Shown piece by piece: positions 1 to 9,647 of a stretch of DNA of 64,000 bases; positions within the stretch are counted from its first letter, which is position 1, and each line of letters starts with the position of its first letter. Location of the stretch: the IMG/VR virus record IMGVR_UViG_3300012952_003943, positions 1 through 64,000 of that record. The stretch is one strand, 5' to 3'. A program made the position numbers and the translations under genes. The notes under the pieces are model-generated. The model was given only the letters and a program-made list of their open reading frames with translations, was not told the DNA's origin and searched no databases. This stretch comes from a virus. Its lineage: Duplodnaviria > Caudoviricetes.

Positions 1-1
1 A

Positions 2-415
2 ATACATGTCCATGCAGCGCAACTCTAAGCGCATTGACTGCGCCGGTTTGTTGGCAGTTGCTGCAGGTATGACAAAATAGTTCTGGCCGATATGCCCAGT
101 GCTTGCAGTACCCTCAACTGCTTCGCCTATTCCCCTAACACCGTTCTCGGTGAACCCGCATCTTAAGCCGTTGGCACCGATGTTCGTGATTTGAATCCAC
201 CTTGTAACAAATGGAAACTGTACCCTATAAGGAGTTACATCCGCAGCTGCCTTGATTTGAGCAGCAGTGGCGTTTGCGGGTTCGACAGCCTCTGGTACTC
301 TACCGGTTGGGACGGTCACACCCTGCGGGTCACATGATGATGTCACATAAGGGATTCCTGACAGCTGGTACTCTGGGACCGATCCTGGTCCACTACTTGG
401 CCAATTCAAAGACAT
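2..415 (-). CDS. Hypothetical virion-associated protein, partial (runs off window start; absent from the ORF track)
   Basis: Manual translation from ATG at 415 is open to position 2: MSLNWPSSGPGSVPEYQLSGIPYVTSS...VQFPFVTRWIQITNIG...LRCGFTENGV...NYFVIP...RLELRCMDMY. It starts 3 nt after the protease stop, with GGAGG upstream. Confidence 0.75.
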   Translation of the reverse strand, partial: MSLNWPSSGPGSVPEYQLSGIPYVTSSCDPQGVTVPTGRVPEAVEPANATAAQIKAAADVTPYRVQFPFVTRWIQITNIGANGLRCGFTENGVRGIGEAVEGTASTGHIGQNYFVIPAATANKPAQSMRLELRCMDMY

Positions 416-418
416 ATC

Positions 419-1024
419 CTATTCCTCCCAGTCCAGAATATCATTGAATATTCTATCGATCTTGTCTGTTTTCGTAAAGTATCTATCGAGATCACCTTCA
501 TTAATCTCGACTCCTTCACTCATCATAAAAGCTCCAGGTGTAGATGGCTCGCTAACGAAGTCCCAACATATAAGTTGAAAATCGTCCTGCACCACTTGAT
601 AGTCTCCGTCTTTCTTGGTGGAACCTACCCCGCGGGATGAAATGCCTAATGTAACACCGGCCTCAACAAGGCTCTGCAAGATTTTTCCAGCCGGTGTATC
701 CAATAGTTCTACAGAACCATAACATATATCACCATCCATGTATGCTTCTCTAACGATGTGAGAAACGTTCTTAAGCTCAACAACAGACGAGTCTGGGTGA
801 TCACATTCGCCTAAGGCGCGGCTTTCCTTGATAAACTTTTGATAGTTCCTAACCTCTCTACCCAATATCGCCTTTGGATAGACACGGCCATTCTGGTTTA
901 GCGTCTCCGCCTTTTGAAGTACACCTTTTAAGACAACCTTTCCGTTGTTCTCTTCTCTAGACTCATTAATCATATCAGGAGTGTACTCAAAGGGAGTCCA
1001 ATCTGTTAACAGCTTCTTACTCAT
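419..1024 (-). CDS. Prohead core protease (T4 gp21-like)
   Basis: Motifs NQNGRVYP, GECDHP, SHIV, GISSRGVGS and WDFVSEPSTPGA are typical of T4-like prohead proteases; two genes downstream of the portal. Confidence 0.93.
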   Translation of the reverse strand: MSKKLLTDWTPFEYTPDMINESREENNGKVVLKGVLQKAETLNQNGRVYPKAILGREVRNYQKFIKESRALGECDHPDSSVVELKNVSHIVREAYMDGDICYGSVELLDTPAGKILQSLVEAGVTLGISSRGVGSTKKDGDYQVVQDDFQLICWDFVSEPSTPGAFMMSEGVEINEGDLDRYFTKTDKIDRIFNDILDWEE

Positions 1025-1027
1025 GCT

Positions 1028-1873
1028 TTAATCTCCCAGCAATTGATCCTTAAGCGCAGACACAGTCAAAAAACGTGCGACGGTATCATCGCTAACTTCG
1101 TCTGTTCTCATATTAAGTATCTTGTCACGTACGCGATCCATTTTTTCATTTAGCACTCTATTATCACAGGAACTTGAATATTGATCAAGCTCTTTGACCG
1201 CAGCCTCTTTTAACTGCTCGATGTATTCTACGAAAGATCCTATATCATCCTGTGCTGCGCTGAATACATACCTGCTAATCACTTCGCGTTGATGCTCATT
1301 TAAAATAGTACCATACTTCTTATTAAACTTCTCTGTCATAATCTTTACTGTAAGATGATTAACAGATTTATCTTGGTTTTCCTCAAGCGTCTCAACCTGC
1401 TTTGGGGTAACCAACATTTTTACAGCAAAGTTCTCATACTCAGCAACTCTGGAGAGATCAGCATCACCCCCCTTTCTCCAGTCATTTAAAAGTGTTTGTA
1501 CTGTCGCATAAGAACGATATTCGTTTACTCTTTGTTTGTAGAAACTAGGATCATCAATTTTATGATTGATATCCCTTATCAGCTTTGATTTTTCCGCGCG
1601 GAGCTTTTGTTCATCATGATCCCTTGCGGCCGCTTTTGCTTCGCCTAATATTCGAATCGCGAGGGACTCAGAGTCTACCGTAGTTTTTACCAGCGCATTG
1701 AACAGCCGAAACTCTTTGTAGAGTTGTGTTCCAGGCTGAAAATTCTCCTTCAAAATGTCTAATACTTCAGAAGAAGACATGTTGTCATTCTCAACCATCT
1801 CACGTGAAGCGCTTTGGAGCAATTGCTCGTAAATTATTCCTACATTTCTTTTTTTATTATGTGACTTAGACAT
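1028..1873 (-). CDS. Hypothetical helical protein between portal and protease (probable head morphogenesis protein)
   Basis: Long ORF beginning SHNKKRNVGIIYEQLL. Likely start is the ATG at 1873, overlapping the portal stop (ATGTCTAA). Function inferred from position only. Confidence 0.6.
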   Translation of the reverse strand: MSKSHNKKRNVGIIYEQLLQSASREMVENDNMSSSEVLDILKENFQPGTQLYKEFRLFNALVKTTVDSESLAIRILGEAKAAARDHDEQKLRAEKSKLIRDINHKIDDPSFYKQRVNEYRSYATVQTLLNDWRKGGDADLSRVAEYENFAVKMLVTPKQVETLEENQDKSVNHLTVKIMTEKFNKKYGTILNEHQREVISRYVFSAAQDDIGSFVEYIEQLKEAAVKELDQYSSSCDNRVLNEKMDRVRDKILNMRTDEVSDDTVARFLTVSALKDQLLGD

Positions 1874-3899
1874 CATCAATTACATTCCCATTGTCATCAA
1901 GTTCGATCTCAAGCTCGATATCCCCACGTTCAGAAGGCTCATGGCCCTGTTGCGACTCAGCAATCAGTCCTTTGCTACTAGATCTATTTATGCTGTTGCC
2001 AAGTTTATTTAACGTGGATTGTATCTCATGAGTCATTTTGGTCTGCTGTCGAATTTTGCTATCCAAAAACTCATCATACGTCACAGGTCCTGGCTCAGCA
2101 CTCTCCTTAAAGGGATTTATGATAAAATCATTATCAAAGGGTTTATTGAGCGTGTCCTGCCCCCTAGTAGTTTTTCCTGCACCTGTCATAGATGCAAGAT
2201 CAGGCATGTGTGTTGACGAAGCCCCTGATGTAACGCGGCGTGACTTCTTTATGGGTTCATTAAATGCATTTCTTATTTGATTTTGGGCCTTTGTTGGTGC
2301 ATCATCATCATCTATCGATAATTTTTCAATTTCATCATCGTCATCGTCGTCGTCGTCAACCTCGTTGACCTTGCCTGATCCTGGTTCTGCAGTTAACAAC
2401 GCTCCCTGTTTATCATCCCCGCTGAATAGACCTCCGCCACCCTCGTCTCCGCCACCACCGCCGCCGCCGGCGTCGTCACCACCTTCATCTTCGGCACCTG
2501 GTAACTTGGTAGCCTCAAGCTCAAGATCTTGAACCTTATCTTCTACTTGTTGCTCCTTGACCTTTGCAATATCTTCTTTTCTCATACCCATAACTGAGGC
2601 TCTAATCCAATCGCGGCTCATCAATCCCTCCGGAGCGGTGCCTGCAATTTCGAATCTGGTCCTAATTAGCTCAAGCTTCTGTTGCTGTGCTATGGAACTA
2701 GGGTTTGAAAGATTAAGCTCAAAATCTATTAGATCTTCACCTTCATACCCATGTGAAAATAAGTGGATCATTGCCAACTTATTTAATTCTGAAAGTACTG
2801 TCTTTTGTATTCTTTGAATTGTCCTGGAAAATCGGATATCCTCTTGTGCCAAGGTCGCTTTTGAGCCGACCTCTTCATCATAACCAAGATATGCCCGAGG
2901 TATCTTAAGGGCTGCAAACAACTTCTTCTGAATATACTCAACGTCTTCGATGGCTGCAGTGTTTTGACCTCCAGCTAGAGTTTCAATTCTTGTACCTGAT
3001 TCCCCGCCTCTTACAGGCAAGAAGTAATCCTCATCAACGCTTAGTGGATTATACCTCAAGTCAACCTTGCCAGACGTTTTATCTACAACGGAGCTACGCT
3101 TCAGTGATGTTTGAGCAGCCTCAAGGTATGTGGAAACGTCCTCAGGAGGGACGTTACCTACGTCAATGTAGAAAACCCTTCGCTCCGGAGCACGAATGAC
3201 CCTATACACTAACATGGCATCCTCGATCAATATAAGTTGCCGCCAGATCCTTCTGGCTGACTCAAGAACAGAGGCGCCGTATGGTAGGAATGCATCATTC
3301 CCCAATAATCTAAAGTGAGTAACCTGCCAGTTTTCTAAAGACTGGTTTCCTTGTGTAATCCACCTAAACCTTACAGCACTGGGATCTTCAGGATCAAACC
3401 CTTCCTCCCTTTCTACTTCAGAGATTGGAATTGGGTATGCGTTTATGACGCCATACTCAGGCGAAACATCATTGAATAGGAAAAAGTCACCATACTTGCA
3501 TAGGTTTCTTACCCACATAACAAGATTAAAATCTACATTGAGTGTATCATAGAATAATGTCTCTAAAAGCTCTTGTACTTTTCTATTTTCAGAATATATG
3601 TGAAGTACATTTCCCTTCTCATCTTGTGACACAGTCTCTTCAGAGTATATGTCAAGAGCAGACGCAATTTCTGGAGTTGATTCCATTTCGCTAAAATCAC
3701 TGTACCTCGACATGCGATCATATTGGCCATACGCACTTAAAGTAGAATTATAGACGTCATTGTGGGCTCTTCTGAATATTTCCAAAGCAGAAGATGCCGA
3801 CTTCGGCCCAGAGAAATCCTTAACCCTACGCTTAATCGTAGGACCAGATCTAAAAAGTTGTGTTAGACGCGAAAATAGACTTCTATCTCTACCTGCCAT
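1866..3899 (-). CDS. Portal vertex protein (T4 gp20-like)
   Basis: Motifs PEIASALDIY, LIEDAMLVYRVIRAPERRVFYIDVGNVP, EDYFLPVRG, IETLAGGQN and KKLFAALKIP; directly downstream of the terminase. Confidence 0.96.
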   Translation of the reverse strand: MAGRDRSLFSRLTQLFRSGPTIKRRVKDFSGPKSASSALEIFRRAHNDVYNSTLSAYGQYDRMSRYSDFSEMESTPEIASALDIYSEETVSQDEKGNVLHIYSENRKVQELLETLFYDTLNVDFNLVMWVRNLCKYGDFFLFNDVSPEYGVINAYPIPISEVEREEGFDPEDPSAVRFRWITQGNQSLENWQVTHFRLLGNDAFLPYGASVLESARRIWRQLILIEDAMLVYRVIRAPERRVFYIDVGNVPPEDVSTYLEAAQTSLKRSSVVDKTSGKVDLRYNPLSVDEDYFLPVRGGESGTRIETLAGGQNTAAIEDVEYIQKKLFAALKIPRAYLGYDEEVGSKATLAQEDIRFSRTIQRIQKTVLSELNKLAMIHLFSHGYEGEDLIDFELNLSNPSSIAQQQKLELIRTRFEIAGTAPEGLMSRDWIRASVMGMRKEDIAKVKEQQVEDKVQDLELEATKLPGAEDEGGDDAGGGGGGGDEGGGGLFSGDDKQGALLTAEPGSGKVNEVDDDDDDDDEIEKLSIDDDDAPTKAQNQIRNAFNEPIKKSRRVTSGASSTHMPDLASMTGAGKTTRGQDTLNKPFDNDFIINPFKESAEPGPVTYDEFLDSKIRQQTKMTHEIQSTLNKLGNSINRSSSKGLIAESQQGHEPSERGDIELEIELDDNGNVIDDV

Positions 3900-3934
3900 C
3901 TCAAATACCTCGCCGGCTTAGCGGTACACGCTTT

Positions 3935-3963
3935 ATTATGTATTGTAATCTCGTGCCCGACAA
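3935..3963 (-). promoter_or_regulatory. Possible sigma70-like promoter upstream of the portal (TTGTCG-N17-CATAAT)
   Basis: Found in the 72-nt terL-portal gap, with a GAGGT RBS downstream. The -10 overlaps ATACATAA, one mismatch from the ATA-N-TTA motif. Confidence 0.35.
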
Positions 3964-3971
3964 ATTAAAAT

Positions 3972-5573
3972 CTATTTCAAAATCCACGACATGTCACCGT
4001 ATGCCTTTCCCATTGAAGATGATGCATCAGGCAACGAACCTAATGCCCTCGGCCTAAACGGATTAGCACCGATATCATCCCATGGATTTAATGCAGACTC
4101 AGAAAATTGATTTGAGTTAACTGCAAACGCTTTAAGCATTGCAGCATTTAGATCTACCGATTGCCTACTATAGTGTGGTGATGTGTCGTACAACCAAACA
4201 CCGATAGCCAAAGCCATGACCAAGTCATCATTTTTCCCCTTCATTGCCTGAGCTTTTGATCCTTTCCACACGAAAGTTTTAAGCTCTTCATACAAGCGAC
4301 TAGAGTATATTTTTATGTGCTTATTTCGCAGCACCTCTTCTAACTTCGTAAGGATTTGCCCTCTAGATTGTGATGTTGTAGCAAACCCTATCTTATGAAC
4401 GCTAGCTTCGCCGGAATACATGTCGGAATATCGGTCTTTCTCATTCTTATAGTACATATTCGGATAATTTAACTCTTTTAGCTTCATGACCACAGCATAT
4501 CCGTATGTGTTGTTTTCAGGACATACAACTGCTTTGTTGTATCTCATCCCCGCTTCATTTAACAGCACAGCAAACTGATCAGGTGGGATTTTTCCCTTGT
4601 ACTCTGCGACAACCTCTGATTCGTTTGTGTCTATCACATGAAATGTAGAATAGTCATTGGCGTCACCACGAGAAACGTCTGCAGAGATCACATACTTGTG
4701 TTCAGAGAGTGCATACTTCCAAACCCACACTCCCATCTCAGGACCCCAACGCTCAAGCGGGCCTCGGACGGTGCTGCGAATATATTCAATGTCATTTACG
4801 TTAAGAAACGTATCACCTGAAGCTGCAAAGTCACACAACAGCTCTTGAGCAATTTGCTTTTTTGACAGGTTCTTTGACTCATTCTCAAACCATTCGTCAC
4901 CATGCTCTGGATGTACGTCCCATGGAAGCTTGATCGGATTAAACTCGTTCTCCCCAGACTCTGCTTTCATGTACAGATCGTAATACTGGCCACCAACACC
5001 ATTTGGGGTTGATAGAACAATTGCTCGACCACCTGTTGACAGGGTAGGATACAAACCCATCCATAGCTCATCAAAGTTTCTTACAAAAGCAGCCTCGTCA
5101 ACGATAAGTAAAGAAAGTGCCTCAGAACGACCAGCATCATCAGAAGTTGGAATTGCTTTGATTGTCGATCCGTTGCTAAACTCAACTGATTGCTTATTGT
5201 TTCCAACAATCTCAGGTAATACTAGCCATCCAGGCAAATGCCTTAGCGCAACCTTTACTTTTTTAATAAAGTTCATCGCAACGGATAGTTTTGTCGCGAT
5301 TACCAAGACGTTCTTGTCTTTATAGAAAATTGCCAACCAAACAGCGTATGCAGCACTAAGAGTAGATATACCGAGCTGCCTTGACTTAAGAATCACATTA
5401 AAGCGATGATCTTTAAAGTCCTGAACACATTCATCCTGAAATGGATATGTGTTAAATGGAAGCAGGCCTCGGGTGGGATGCTGGATCTTGACGTACTTAT
5501 TAAAAAAGTGTACAGGATCTTTGCCGCACCGAACTATCTCTTTTACCTGCCGTTGCTTGTTGACAGGTGCCAT
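3972..5573 (-). CDS. terL: Terminase large subunit (T4 gp17-like)
   Basis: Walker A KSRQLGIST, Walker B LLIVDEAAF, coupling motif STPNG, RNase H-like nuclease motifs ISADVSRG and NDDLVMALAI. Confidence 0.97.
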   Translation of the reverse strand: MAPVNKQRQVKEIVRCGKDPVHFFNKYVKIQHPTRGLLPFNTYPFQDECVQDFKDHRFNVILKSRQLGISTLSAAYAVWLAIFYKDKNVLVIATKLSVAMNFIKKVKVALRHLPGWLVLPEIVGNNKQSVEFSNGSTIKAIPTSDDAGRSEALSLLIVDEAAFVRNFDELWMGLYPTLSTGGRAIVLSTPNGVGGQYYDLYMKAESGENEFNPIKLPWDVHPEHGDEWFENESKNLSKKQIAQELLCDFAASGDTFLNVNDIEYIRSTVRGPLERWGPEMGVWVWKYALSEHKYVISADVSRGDANDYSTFHVIDTNESEVVAEYKGKIPPDQFAVLLNEAGMRYNKAVVCPENNTYGYAVVMKLKELNYPNMYYKNEKDRYSDMYSGEASVHKIGFATTSQSRGQILTKLEEVLRNKHIKIYSSRLYEELKTFVWKGSKAQAMKGKNDDLVMALAIGVWLYDTSPHYSRQSVDLNAAMLKAFAVNSNQFSESALNPWDDIGANPFRPRALGSLPDASSSMGKAYGDMSWILK

Positions 5574-5947
5574 TAATTCTCTACCTTAAACTCAACAAAC
5601 CTTCTATAGTAAGCAATCTTTCGCGGGTTAACTGACGTAGCCGAAACAAGCTCAACAGAATCCTTATTTAATTCTTCCTTAAGCTTAAGTGTATTTCCAG
5701 TAGAGTCCTTAAACTGCTTTTTAAGCTCTGTAACGACCTTTCCTAAAAGCGCAACAGATTCCTCAGCCAGCCTCCTGGTTTGAGAACTTAGCGATCTCTC
5801 ACTTGCAAACGTAACAATACACTGGTATTTAAGAACCAGAAGGTTACCCTGCATAGAGTGAGTCACTGAGCCTAATCCGGAGCCACCTTTTCCCCACGTA
5901 CTGTCTAGAATTTGTCCAATTGCATTCGTTTCTTCAAATGTTAGCAT
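5573..5947 (-). CDS. Hypothetical protein upstream of terL
   Basis: ORF is translationally coupled to terL (TAATG). The ATG at 5947 has GGAG 8 nt upstream, so it is preferred over the track start at 5968. Confidence 0.65.
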   Translation of the reverse strand: MLTFEETNAIGQILDSTWGKGGSGLGSVTHSMQGNLLVLKYQCIVTFASERSLSSQTRRLAEESVALLGKVVTELKKQFKDSTGNTLKLKEELNKDSVELVSATSVNPRKIAYYRRFVEFKVEN

Positions 5948-5971
5948 ATTATAATCTCCGTCTGCCATGAC

Positions 5972-5979
5972 TTAAATAT
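5972..5979 (-). promoter_or_regulatory. Candidate late promoter ATATTTAA, inside a CATGAC/GTCATG inverted repeat
   Basis: Intergenic copy of the recurrent ATA-N-TTA motif, upstream of the terL operon. Confidence 0.5.
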
Positions 5980-5991
5980 TGTCATGAATGC

Positions 5992-6303
5992 TTATCTTAC
6001 TATGTATGTCGGAAGCTTTTTCAAAGAATCTAAAAACATCTCTACATCTGCTTGGGAAGGCCTCCAGCCGTCAGACCACTTTTTCCTATTAGGCTGAGCC
6101 CACTGCAATGAACATGGATCACAGCACCCAAAGTTTTCATACGACACAACATCGGTATGATCTCTTAGCATATTACCACATACAGGACAGTCTAATGGTA
6201 CAATCTTTTCGTGATTGATAGGCCTAACAACAGGCACAGCAAGAGAATGATTTATCTCTCGCTTTTCATCCAGCCTGACCCACCCTTTACTCAAACTTAA
6301 CAT
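5992..6303 (-). CDS. Small zinc-finger hypothetical protein
   Basis: CPVC...CCDPC cysteine pattern; overlaps the stop of the upstream ORF. Confidence 0.6.
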   Translation of the reverse strand: MLSLSKGWVRLDEKREINHSLAVPVVRPINHEKIVPLDCPVCGNMLRDHTDVVSYENFGCCDPCSLQWAQPNRKKWSDGWRPSQADVEMFLDSLKKLPTYIVR

Positions 6304-6469
6304 AGCCCTTTAAGAGATCGTCTACTGTGTTAACAACCGTCTCTAAAATGCCGGCAACTTCCTGCTGTTTGATTACAGCGGCGGGTTCTCCCCTACCATC
6401 CAAAGCATTGTATTGCTGAATAATAAAACTTCTAAGATTAATCAAATTTTGAACTTCACTGTCTTTCAT
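6287..6469 (-). CDS. Small hypothetical protein (60 aa)
   Basis: Strong GAGGAG RBS; tightly packed between neighbouring genes. Confidence 0.6.
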   Translation of the reverse strand: MKDSEVQNLINLRSFIIQQYNALDGRGEPAAVIKQQEVAGILETVVNTVDDLLKGYVKFE

Positions 6470-6478
6470 GTTATCTCC

Positions 6479-9400
6479 TCACTCAAAGACTACCCTTGCG
6501 TTCTTCTCTTTACTTGTGATGTCTAGAACATTATCAACCGAATCTTTCACTGCATCTACATGAGAAATGACCAATATATTCTTAAACCATTTTTTCAAAG
6601 ACTTAAGTAGTCTATTACTGGCCTCAACATTCATTTCATCCAGAGCACCAAATCCCTCATCGATAATCAGCATGTCAGACTTCGGTAATGAAGATATATT
6701 GATAAGTGCGACCCTAATTGCCATTGATGAAACTAACTTCTCCATTCCAGAACCACACTCAATTATCCTACGAGAATCTCCATAGTTAATATAAACGTCC
6801 ATTGCGTTAGAATTTGCATCAGCCTCTAGTTCAACAGTAAACCCAACAACGCCTTGCAAAATCTTTGATATCTCTTGATTAATAAGCGGAAGCTGCGAAG
6901 CTATAATTTGTAGAGGGATGCCCTTTTTTGACACAGCACCCATAAATAGCTCATATATTCTCCACTTTTTAAGAAGTGCACTATACTTCTCTTTTTCATC
7001 TTCAAGATTTTGAATTGCGCTAGTTAGAAGACCAATAGACTCAGAAAGAGCTAGCCGCCCAGCGTCTGATGAATTGATTTCTACGTTAAGATCTGCAATG
7101 CTTCTTTTTAGCGCAGCGATTTCATGGGACCCGCCATTGTCAGAAACACGTACTTTCATGTCCGCTAATTCCCTGGTCATCGACTCCACAGACGCCTCAG
7201 AAGAAAGAATCGACGTTTCATACCCATGAAGCTTTACAGTTGCGTCAGACTTTTCAACCTTAAGATTTGACTCTTGCACAAGAATGCTATCGTACTTTGA
7301 TATTTTTTCAGACAAGCCTTCTGACTGTAGAACTTTAAGTGATTTTTTTGCTGCGCGGACCTGATCTAAAACGTCGGTGCACCTGTCCTTCTGCGCTGTA
7401 ATCAACCTTTTGTTCTTATGGCTATCCTTAATAAACTTACACGTAGGATATGAATCACCACATGGCACCTCTAAAAGCTTTTTGACAGACCTTTCTTGGA
7501 TCTTAAGGGTGCTTTTCTCTTTTTCATGCTCGTGCTTAAGGTTAACTAGCGTCCTCTCAAGATCTTGTTGCGCAGCTAATCTCTCTTTTAGTTCATCGAT
7601 TGGGAATTGCTGCTTAAGCACTGATATTTTGCTAATCTTCTCGTCAATGGAGTCTAGCTCTACATTAACATCACCTTTTTTAGCCCTATATTCCTCAAGC
7701 TCTTCCCTAGCTGCCTCTAGCTTATTTTCAAAAAGCTCAACATCTGCAGACGTAACTGTGTCTTTGTCCTTGTGCGTCGCCAAAGTAATCTTTAAGCTTT
7801 GCATTCGTGATCTAAGGGTCTTTATTTTCTTTTCTAGCTCATCCCTCTTTTGAATTTTTAGAATTTTCATTCTCTTTTTTTCGTCTAAGACGGTATCCCA
7901 CTCTCTATCAGGTGCGGCCTTAAGAAGTGCCTTGATTTCAGCAGAATCTAGTTTTGCTAAGTTGTACATCTGCTCAAATATTCCAAGATCCAAGAAATTG
8001 GTAAGAATTTCCTTTCTTGCAGTAGCGCGGTGCTTAATAAACGTATTCATTTCGCCCTGGCTAGCCAGTGACGTCATTAGAAAATCGTCTGACGTGCCTA
8101 TTAGCTTTCTTAGAATCTTTTCTGTTTCACGTCGCTGCTCACCAGACATGTCCTGTATCTCATTACCCTCTGAATCAATCCTAAAGAGATTGAGGTGAGT
8201 AGTAGCATTAACGATACCTTTCCTGTTCTGATGCTTTACAGACTGGCGCTCGATCCTATACAGCACGCCGTTAATACTAACGTCTACCTTAGATAGGCAG
8301 TGTCCCTTTCTAGAGTTAATTACATGTAAGTTTTTTATTGGACCGCGGTCGGTAGTATTAAAGAGAGTATACATGAGTGTACCAGGAATAGAAGACTTTC
8401 CTATCCTGTTTCTGCCAAAGAGACCGGTGATTCCTGAGAGGTTATCAAAATTGATGACGTTTCCTTTCCCATATGAAAATGTATTGTCAAACTGCATCTT
8501 CTTGATTGACCACTTTGCGTTTCTTAAGACTTCTCCCTCTTTGTTTACTGCACTAACATATCCTTGAGCTAGTGATTCAAGTTCTAACCACTCGTCATCG
8601 GTCAACTCTAGAGACGAGTAGTACTGCTTCATTAGACCAACATGAGTCTTTGGATCACGAAGGTCTTCCGTAAGTATCTCACCTTCCGGTGTCGAAATAA
8701 CACCTGCCTCTGATTCATAATCATGCTTCCACACAATTTCTGATGCTAGTTTAAATTCTTTAAGCGCGGAGTGGAGCTGCTTGATTTCTGCTTGAGGTAC
8801 CGGTGTTTTTGCCCTGATCCTATACCTCGAACCATCCGGCCCGACCTCTGCTTCATCTAAGGTCGACTGTACATTTCCCTTCCACTCTATCGTGATAAAT
8901 GGTCTCGTGTGTTTTACTTCATGAAATGAGCTTGAGTATGTGTCCTTCCCATCAATCTCCCAAAACAAAAACCCTTTACCTGGATCTTCACCATAGTTTT
9001 GCTGAATCGTTGATCCACAATATGCTATTCTCTTATCAGGATCAAGATATTGCATTTTATGAATATCACCTAAGAATGCAAAGTCATACCCTTCAAAAAA
9101 GCTAGCTTCAATCTCTCCATCAATGTTCCAATTAATGTCAGTTAGAGAACCGCAGACTGCTCCGTGATATAACGCAATGTTAACCTCACCGGAAACTGGC
9201 TCTAGGTCATTCCAACTTTCTTCATCAAAGCATGAAAAAACGCACCAGTTATAGCCAGGAATTCCGGTTGGGTATACACCTGACTTTTTATACAGAAACA
9301 CATTCGGATCATCTAGCGCTGTGATGATTGGTGATATTGCGTCTTGCCTATCTTTATTATTAATCAACCCATCATGATTTCCTAGAATGACATGTGTGGG

Positions 9401-9622
9401 TGCAACCTCAGCAAGACTAGTAAACCACCATGAAAGTATATCGATAAGCTCAGGTGATATCCCTTGTGTCTTAGAGTGAACTATGTCACCACCGATGTAT
9501 ATAACATCAGGCTTAAGCTTTTTCGCTTGCTTTATTAAGTCAATAAATGACTCTTTATATTCTTCGTGGCGACTTAGCCCGCGGAAGTGCACATCTGCAA
9601 TGTGTAAACACTTAAAACTCAT
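6479..9622 (-). CDS. Fused SbcD(Mre11/gp47) nuclease - SbcC(Rad50/gp46) ATPase
   Basis: N-terminal metallophosphoesterase motifs HIADVH, GGDIVH, LGNHD, YHG and LGDIH; Walker A GRNRIGKSS; long coiled coil with a central Cys pair; signature-like GSGME; Walker B/D-loop IIDEGFGALD; H-loop ISHVD. Confidence 0.93.
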   Translation of the reverse strand: MSFKCLHIADVHFRGLSRHEEYKESFIDLIKQAKKLKPDVIYIGGDIVHSKTQGISPELIDILSWWFTSLAEVAPTHVILGNHDGLINNKDRQDAISPIITALDDPNVFLYKKSGVYPTGIPGYNWCVFSCFDEESWNDLEPVSGEVNIALYHGAVCGSLTDINWNIDGEIEASFFEGYDFAFLGDIHKMQYLDPDKRIAYCGSTIQQNYGEDPGKGFLFWEIDGKDTYSSSFHEVKHTRPFITIEWKGNVQSTLDEAEVGPDGSRYRIRAKTPVPQAEIKQLHSALKEFKLASEIVWKHDYESEAGVISTPEGEILTEDLRDPKTHVGLMKQYYSSLELTDDEWLELESLAQGYVSAVNKEGEVLRNAKWSIKKMQFDNTFSYGKGNVINFDNLSGITGLFGRNRIGKSSIPGTLMYTLFNTTDRGPIKNLHVINSRKGHCLSKVDVSINGVLYRIERQSVKHQNRKGIVNATTHLNLFRIDSEGNEIQDMSGEQRRETEKILRKLIGTSDDFLMTSLASQGEMNTFIKHRATARKEILTNFLDLGIFEQMYNLAKLDSAEIKALLKAAPDREWDTVLDEKKRMKILKIQKRDELEKKIKTLRSRMQSLKITLATHKDKDTVTSADVELFENKLEAAREELEEYRAKKGDVNVELDSIDEKISKISVLKQQFPIDELKERLAAQQDLERTLVNLKHEHEKEKSTLKIQERSVKKLLEVPCGDSYPTCKFIKDSHKNKRLITAQKDRCTDVLDQVRAAKKSLKVLQSEGLSEKISKYDSILVQESNLKVEKSDATVKLHGYETSILSSEASVESMTRELADMKVRVSDNGGSHEIAALKRSIADLNVEINSSDAGRLALSESIGLLTSAIQNLEDEKEKYSALLKKWRIYELFMGAVSKKGIPLQIIASQLPLINQEISKILQGVVGFTVELEADANSNAMDVYINYGDSRRIIECGSGMEKLVSSMAIRVALINISSLPKSDMLIIDEGFGALDEMNVEASNRLLKSLKKWFKNILVISHVDAVKDSVDNVLDITSKEKNARVVFE

Positions 9623-9639
9623 TAGACGTCCTGTTCAAC

Positions 9640-9647
9640 TTAAGTAT
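9640..9647 (-). promoter_or_regulatory. Candidate late promoter ATACTTAA
   Basis: ATA-N-TTA copy at the primase stop / sbcCD upstream gap. Confidence 0.35.

Noticed and set aside
2330-2490. GC-rich trinucleotide runs (ccg/tcg repeats)
   Set aside because: They encode poly-Gly and poly-Asp in the portal tail; there is no evidence of a phase-variable DNA repeat because the unit length is in frame.
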